From contig JAYFMW010000008.1 of the NCBI GenBank assembly GCA_042408215.1, forward strand, positions 1 to 64,000: a stretch of DNA of 64,000 nucleotides, written 5' to 3'. The translations under genes were made by a program, and so were the position numbers. Source of the DNA: Microcoleus sp. (GTDB lineage Bacteria; Cyanobacteriota; Cyanobacteriia; Cyanobacteriales; Microcoleaceae). Below the pieces are notes generated by a model that was not told the DNA's origin, did no database searches, and saw only the letters and a list, made by a program, of their open reading frames with translations. Of this stretch, positions 56,661 through 64,000 are shown in pieces; position 1 is the stretch's first letter, and each line of letters begins with the position of its first letter.

Positions 56661-59294
56661 CTAATTAGGTTTTCCTGATTTAGCTTTAATAACTCCTTGG
56701 GGTCGATCGAGTAACTTTAACAGTTCAAACCAGACTAAGCTAATCGCTCCACCTCCCAAACAAATTGCCAAGTCGATCGGATGCAGCAAAGAGAAGCTAA
56801 ACAATTGACGCAAGAAGGGGACATACAGCACCAATACAAGGAAGAGCAAGCCACCACCAATCACCCACCACAGGGCAGCATTGGGGGATTGCAGTATTTT
56901 TAAGCTGAGGCGCGAGGTCGAACTTTCGCTCAAAATCAGTCCTAAATTTGCCAAAATCAACGTCGTAAATGTTAACGCACGAGCATCAAGTTCGCCTTGT
57001 CTGCGATATAGCGAGATCATAAATATCGCGAGAACGATCGCTAAAATCACCACACCTTGTAGCACCGCCAATCCCACAGTTTTCCTGCCAAATAAGGGTT
57101 CTTTGGAGTTGCGGGGAGGACGCTGCATCACCGTTGCTTCTGCGGGTTCGGCTTCTAACACAATCGAGCAAGCTGGATCGATAATCAAATGTAGAAATGC
57201 AACGTGAACGGGAAGTAATACTAACGGCAACTTAAACAACACTGGAATTAAAGACATCCCTGCGATCGGAATATGAATCGCTAGAAGATATGCCATTGCT
57301 TTACGGAGATTATCAAAAATTCGCCGTCCAAGTTTGACCGCTTGCACGATGGATGAAAAATCATCATCTAATAACACTAACGCCGCCGATTCACGGGCAA
57401 CATCCGTGCCTCGCTGACCCATTGCAATCCCAATTTGGGCAGATTTTAAGGCAGGGGCATCATTCACGCCATCCCCCGTCATTGCAACGATTTCACCCTT
57501 GGATTTCAAAGCATTAACTATCCGCAATTTTTGTTCGGGAACGGCTCTTGCAAAGATATTTGTACTTTGAATACGCTGCTGAAGTTCATCGTCACTCATG
57601 CGATCTAATTCTGCTCCAGTTACGATCGCTCCCATTTGCATCAATCCAACTTGACGAGCAATGGTTTGAGCAGTTTCTGGATAATCACCCGTAATCATCA
57701 CTACTCGAATCCCAGCGGTATAACATTCTTTAATCGCCGCCGCAACGGTTGGACGCACTGGATCGGACAGTCCAACTAATCCTAGAAATTGAAAAGGAAA
57801 ATCATGTTGTTTATCTGGTAAACTATCAAGATTGAGAGACGGATGAGGTGGTAAAAATGGGGGTGGTGCACCAATAAGAGGCGCTTTAGCAACACCTAAT
57901 ACCCGCAATCCTTGCTCTGCCATTTTACTGATTTGCGCGGCTAGAATTTGCTGCTGTTCGGGCGTGAAATGACAGAGATCCGCGATCGCTTCTGGTGCTC
58001 CTTTCGCAGCAATTTCATACTGCTTGCTATCGGCTGACTGCCAAACGTGAGACATTGCTAATAGCTCCGGTGAGAGCGGATATTCTCGTAACAGTTTCCA
58101 ATCGTTGTGCAGATGTTCGGTATCCGCGAGATAGCGATCGCCCAATTGCTTAAACGCTTTCTCCATCGGATCAAACGGATCTCTTTGGCTTGCTAGAATA
58201 CAGAACTCGACTAATTCATGCACCGATTCGGGAAGCGGTTCTTTTGAATGTAATTCTAAATTATATGGCTGAGGATTTTCTGACTGGTTATATGCAAATA
58301 GTTGTTGCACAGCCATAATATTCTGAGTCAAAGTCCCGGTTTTATCCACACACAAAACCGTTGCAGAACCCAAAGTTTCAACCGCAGAAGTGCGACGAGC
58401 TAAGACATGATTTTGAGAAATGCGCCAAGCTCCTAATGCTAAGAAGATTGTCACAACAACCGGAAATTCGTTCGGCAAAATTGCCATCGCCAATGTAATG
58501 CCCGCGAGAATTCCTTTGAGCCAATCTCCTCGCATGAGTCCATAAATCACCACAATCACTACACACAGCAATAAAGCGATGCCAAACAAACGACTCACTA
58601 ACCGATTCATTTCCTGTTGCAAAGGTGTCGGTTCTGGCTGCACTTTTTGTAATGCTTTGCCAATCTTGCCCATCTCTGTTTGAGCGCCGATCGCTTGGAC
58701 TTTAGCTATTCCCTGTCCCTGCACAACTAAGGTGCCAGAAAACACAAATGGTAACTCATCTCCCCCCGGACGGGCCATCTCTACGCTACCCACAGCGGCA
58801 ACTTTACGAACTGGTAAAGATTCCCCGGTTAATAATGATTCATCGGTGGAGAGATTGGAGCAAGAAAGCACGATTGCATCCGCAGGAATGCGATCGCCTT
58901 CTGCTAGCACTAAAATATCTTCCCGGACGACTTCTCGCCCTGCAATCCGTTTTCGCTCCCCATCCCGAATCACTAAGGCGCGAGGACTGGAAAGATCGCG
59001 CAAGGCTTCTAGGGCGTGTTCGGTTTTGCCTTCCTGGTAGAGGCTAATTCCGGCGATCAAAAAGACGAATCCTAACAAAATCAGGGCTTCTTGTAGGTCG
59101 CCTAAAATCCAATAAATGACACCACCACCGACTAGCAAGAGAAAGATTGGATCTTGAACGATCTCCCAGGCGATCGAGAACAGATTGCGCGATTGTGCTG
59201 AGGGAAGTTCATTGTAGCCTTCGTCTTTGAGCCGGGCGATCGCGTCTTGTTCAGATAAGCCAGTTACGGTATTGATATCGACTGGTGAAACCAT
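56661..59294 (-). CDS. Cation-transporting P-type ATPase (P2-type)
   Basis: TGES, DKTGTLT, KGAPE, MITGD, TGDGVNDAPAL; ATG at 59294. Confidence 0.95.
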   Translation of the reverse strand: MVSPVDINTVTGLSEQDAIARLKDEGYNELPSAQSRNLFSIAWEIVQDPIFLLLVGGGVIYWILGDLQEALILLGFVFLIAGISLYQEGKTEHALEALRDLSSPRALVIRDGERKRIAGREVVREDILVLAEGDRIPADAIVLSCSNLSTDESLLTGESLPVRKVAAVGSVEMARPGGDELPFVFSGTLVVQGQGIAKVQAIGAQTEMGKIGKALQKVQPEPTPLQQEMNRLVSRLFGIALLLCVVIVVIYGLMRGDWLKGILAGITLAMAILPNEFPVVVTIFLALGAWRISQNHVLARRTSAVETLGSATVLCVDKTGTLTQNIMAVQQLFAYNQSENPQPYNLELHSKEPLPESVHELVEFCILASQRDPFDPMEKAFKQLGDRYLADTEHLHNDWKLLREYPLSPELLAMSHVWQSADSKQYEIAAKGAPEAIADLCHFTPEQQQILAAQISKMAEQGLRVLGVAKAPLIGAPPPFLPPHPSLNLDSLPDKQHDFPFQFLGLVGLSDPVRPTVAAAIKECYTAGIRVVMITGDYPETAQTIARQVGLMQMGAIVTGAELDRMSDDELQQRIQSTNIFARAVPEQKLRIVNALKSKGEIVAMTGDGVNDAPALKSAQIGIAMGQRGTDVARESAALVLLDDDFSSIVQAVKLGRRIFDNLRKAMAYLLAIHIPIAGMSLIPVLFKLPLVLLPVHVAFLHLIIDPACSIVLEAEPAEATVMQRPPRNSKEPLFGRKTVGLAVLQGVVILAIVLAIFMISLYRRQGELDARALTFTTLILANLGLILSESSTSRLSLKILQSPNAALWWVIGGGLLFLVLVLYVPFLRQLFSFSLLHPIDLAICLGGGAISLVWFELLKLLDRPQGVIKAKSGKPN

Positions 59295-59688
59295 AATTTG
59301 TTTTTTGATAACTTTTTTTGATAACATTGATAGAATCAAGGAAATCGGATCAGGCATCAATCAAAACAGTAATTCAATACTAACATGACGCATGGCCTAT
59401 GCAACAGATATACCAGACTTTTTCAAGTCAGGTATTCTGTGGGTTTCAGTTGTTTTTCGAGATGAGGGAGGTGAAATTGAGGAAACATTATTGTATAGAT
59501 GGAAATACTTAACAATTTTGACCCCATCTTTTTTAGATAAAGTTGCGTAAATCCGCCATAGATCAGGCTTTTGACGGGGTTCTCATCCGTCAAATACCTC
59601 TTGCATAAATACTTACAGCGGTTTCCGCTGTTATGAGGTACACCAACTTATCGATCAACCCTCGTAGGGACACGGCTCTTGGACATAG

Positions 59689-59909
59689 GTGTCAACTTAA
59701 GGTCAAACCCAGTCAGAGACTGTTGTTTGACTATTAAATCTAGATCCCCCCGCATTCTTGCCCCCTACTCAACCCCTACTCCCCTTAAGAAGGGGGGGAC
59801 AAGAGTCTTCTCAAAGTCACCCCCTACTCCCCTTCTTAAGGGGGATTTAGGGGGATCTAGACTTAGGTAAAAGCGAGAGATACCAAGGGTTTCAGGCTTA
59901 AGTTGACAC
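59689..59909. mobile_element. GTGTCAACTTAA MITE copy nested in a gtagggacac...gtgtccctac repeat
   Basis: gtgtcaacttaa...ttaagttgacac; first ~90 bp nearly match 6350-6440. Confidence 0.7.
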
Positions 59910-60041
59910 CAATGGGCTCGCTTGAGTGTCCCTACCGTACTTCATAAGTGTGGAATCTGCTGTAAATTGTCATGTTGAGCGCAGTCAAAAATAGGCGCGT
60001 GATTCTTCACTCCAGGAGCCTTTCGTTCAGAATGACATTCC

Positions 60042-60389
60042 TCATTTTGGGACTTTTGCAAGCGGTATATTGATTTGAGCCTCAGTGGATTCCTTTTTAG
60101 AAGTAGGCAGCCTATGAAACCACATAGAAATTCCAGTAAAAAGTAAGATGAACAAGCCGATCGCATTCAGGAAGGGATAAATGACTTCTAGATTAAGTGC
60201 TCCCAACTGTCCCTTGTGCCAATGTAATAACCATTTAAACCCATCTTCTTTGCCTGCCAAATCAACTATCTGATAAACCGTTCCTGTCAGGGTTGTCAGC
60301 AATAGAGGTAACAACATAATGGGAGCAAGTGTGCGATGAAGATGGCTAATATTTTGAAAATAGTGGTCGTGCTTTTTGGCGGTTGTCAT
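60042..60389 (-). CDS. Small PepSY-TM-like membrane protein
   Basis: LHRTLAP..LPLLLT.LTG, WLLHWHKG, LFTGISMW. Confidence 0.65.
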   Translation of the reverse strand: MTTAKKHDHYFQNISHLHRTLAPIMLLPLLLTTLTGTVYQIVDLAGKEDGFKWLLHWHKGQLGALNLEVIYPFLNAIGLFILLFTGISMWFHRLPTSKKESTEAQINIPLAKVPK

Positions 60390-60558
60390 CAAATAAGTTC
60401 CTTGATGTATGGGTCGATCAAAAATTAGTTCAGTAGTTCTTTTTGAGGAAGGTGGAATTAAATAGAAGATGACTGTAGAGTGGGCCATGCCCACCCTAGG
60501 GTTTAATCTTCACCAGGCCCTGAGTTTGTTGCCTTTATTGCAATTTATCCGCTGTCAA

Positions 60559-61017
60559 CTAACTCCCCGACAAGCTTGGTTGAATCGTGTCTTGCTTCTC
60601 CATAGTTTCCGCAGCAGTTTCAGCATCTCGTCTGGTGCAAATCGCTTCCAAGGTTGCTTTTTCAGCTTCTTCCATCGCCGCCATTGCTAATAAAATCGCT
60701 GTATTTGCATAGTCTTCAGCTTGCTCTGCCCGATGTTCGAGTTTCGTGAGTTCGCGACTCGCTTTCCATTCCTCGATATTCGATTTAACCTCAGATTCTT
60801 TTTCTTCAAATTGAGTTTTGAGCTTGGCTCGGTACTCATCGAATTCTTGTTTCTTAGCCTCTAGCTTTGTCTTCACTTCGTCGAGTTTCGATTGAATCTC
60901 AGCTTGAGTTTTCTTCGGCGCAGATTGAATGCTTTCCTTCAGAGATTTTGCTCGGTCTTCAACTGCTTCTAAATTGTCATGAAGTTGTTTGGTGAAGTTG
61001 TCAATTGCAATACCCAT
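60559..61017 (-). CDS. Coiled-coil hypothetical protein
   Basis: 152-aa charged helical ORF; RAEQAEDYA motif. Confidence 0.7.
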   Translation of the reverse strand: MGIAIDNFTKQLHDNLEAVEDRAKSLKESIQSAPKKTQAEIQSKLDEVKTKLEAKKQEFDEYRAKLKTQFEEKESEVKSNIEEWKASRELTKLEHRAEQAEDYANTAILLAMAAMEEAEKATLEAICTRRDAETAAETMEKQDTIQPSLSGS

Positions 61018-61258
61018 GATGATGCCTCTAGTATGTTGAGTTTCTAAAATTTGTCGAGAGTGTTATTAAATGACCAGCCAGCTATAACAGTCGTTGTTGT
61101 CAATGACCTCGTTGACTTTACTGGTGAAAAATGAAATAACTCCTTTATGATTTCATGATGCGGAGTTATTGCCATCTATCTTAGGTTTAAGATGTGAATA
61201 TCTTGAGAGGTAGATCTACCAGTCGCCCCTGTTAGGACATGGATGATAGCTTCCACCC

Positions 61259-61378
61259 TTAATAGTTAAGCATCTTGACGAATGACTCCTGGTGCATCGC
61301 AAAAATAGTGTGAACGAGTAACCATGACCCAATAATCGTTACCAATGCCAGAATTACCTGGGGAATCACTACACTGAT
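61259..61378 (-). pseudogene. DUF1345-like membrane protein fragment
   Basis: Minus strand reads VILALVTIIGSWLLVHTIFAMH; no start codon. Confidence 0.5.
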
Positions 61379-61396
61379 CTCCTTTTCCAGTAATTT

Positions 61397-61786
61397 TTAT
61401 TCTCCTTCTTCTTGGTTGGAAGTATCTTCTGGAAACCGAGTAGAATCCTCCGGTGGTTGAGATGAGGCCATGCGTTCCTGCTCCTGGGATACCCATTCCC
61501 ATGCAATCAAACAACCTAGGGTTAAACCTGCTAGCATTAGTGCCAATGTCCATGAGAACTGACTGGGAAATTGGCGATCGATCCAGATTCCTAGCGCCAT
61601 TCCTAACAAAGTTGGTACGACGACTGACCAACCGACTAAGCCGGCGAAACCTAAACCAAACCAAACACCGCCATAGGGTTTTGTTTGGCGAGCATAAAGC
61701 TTGCGTCGTTCTTTATTGCCGATCGCCTTGGTGAAGGTATACCAAGGCGATCGCGACTTACGCGAGTGAGGATCTGGGGTGTTCAT
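61397..61786 (-). CDS. atpQ: N-ATPase AtpQ (AtpZ/AtpI family)
   Basis: WFGLGFAGLVGWSVVVPTLLG.ALG.WID, GCLIAW; overlaps the atpC stop. Confidence 0.85.
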   Translation of the reverse strand: MNTPDPHSRKSRSPWYTFTKAIGNKERRKLYARQTKPYGGVWFGLGFAGLVGWSVVVPTLLGMALGIWIDRQFPSQFSWTLALMLAGLTLGCLIAWEWVSQEQERMASSQPPEDSTRFPEDTSNQEEGE

Positions 61787-62205
61787 AGATATTCTCCTAA
61801 CTCGATAAAGCGCCGAATCGTGCTGACTTCTAGCTTTGCTAAGACTGAACGTGCTGTTGTTTCCCGTTCATCAATTAAGCGAAACTGTTGCTCAACGGTT
61901 TGTCTCAACATTCCCAAATCGCCACCTTTGACAGCGTGTTGGGTTGCGACTGTTACCCGATCGCCATGTTTGATCAAAATCCCTTGATCGATCGCTAAAA
62001 ATTCTTCTTGTCCTTGTGGCGAGACAAAGGATAACAGACTTGGTATGAGCGTCGCGACAAAATCTAAATGACGAGGAAGCAAGCAAAACATCCCATTCTC
62101 CGCTTCCGCAATTACTTTGAGCGCGCCTGTTTCGAGCATGATTTTAGTGGGCAAAACAACTTTGAGCCGCATTTCTGAACGCATTTCTGATTGCGAAGAA
62201 GTCAT
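61783..62205 (-). CDS. atpC: N-ATPase epsilon subunit
   Basis: AEAENGMFCLLPRHLDFV, ARSVLAKLE (N-ATPase-type epsilon). Confidence 0.88.
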   Translation of the reverse strand: MTSSQSEMRSEMRLKVVLPTKIMLETGALKVIAEAENGMFCLLPRHLDFVATLIPSLLSFVSPQGQEEFLAIDQGILIKHGDRVTVATQHAVKGGDLGMLRQTVEQQFRLIDERETTARSVLAKLEVSTIRRFIELGEYL

Positions 62206-62338
62206 GATTTTGTCTCCATGTTTCAGAGTTTAGATCCCCCTAAATCCCCCTTAAAAAGGGGGACTTAATCAATTCTCCCCCTTTTTTAAGGGAGTAGGGT
62301 GTGAGTAGGGTGTGAGTAGGGGTTGAGTAGGGGGAAAG

Positions 62339-63772
<1,434 letters not shown>

Positions 63773-63802
63773 TCACACTCGTTTAGTTCCAATGGTGTCA
63801 AG

Positions 63803-64000
63803 GAATTAGGAATTGAGAATTACGAATTAGGAATTGATAAATTTAAACCTCGTAATTCGTCATGGGTAATTCGTAATTTAAAAAACCTCGTAATTCGTCA
63901 TGGGTAATTCTTCATGGTAATTCGTAATTTAAAAAACCTCGCAATTTGCAATTCCTAATTTAAACAACCTCGCAATTCGTAATTTGTCATGGGTAATTTT
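63803..64000. repeat. STRR-like (aattcgt/aattagg)n repeats
   Basis: Repeated aattagg, cgtaatt and aacctcgtaattcgtcatgggtaatt units. Confidence 0.7.

Overview
Chromosomal window from a filamentous cyanobacterium. It is inferred to be Oscillatoriales (Microcoleus/Tychonema-like) from abundant HIP1 GCGATCGC, heptamer STRRs, and psbP/psbU/hli/btpA. Intact housekeeping genes (eno, argC, cysA, hisF, nadB, def, maf, VKOR-Trx) alternate with many eroded accessory genes and a dense layer of REP/MITE-like palindromes, including two homologous 83-85 bp tandem arrays (11 and 21 copies; not CRISPR). Highlights: (1) an intact IscB + omega-RNA (IS200/IS605) element inserted precisely into an aspartyl-protease gene, so its guide and TAM can be read from the flanks; (2) an AT-rich two-gene PLD-nuclease/SF2-helicase + adenine-methyltransferase candidate defence module; (3) a perfect 49-bp palindrome whose central base creates the stop codon near the start of a ~1750-aa DUF4347/FG-GAP/Ig/RTX surface-protein gene; (4) a decayed TnpB element and a second tnpB 3' remnant; (5) an N-ATPase operon truncated after atpD-atpC-atpQ. 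All calls come from motif recognition by eye; no database searches were run.
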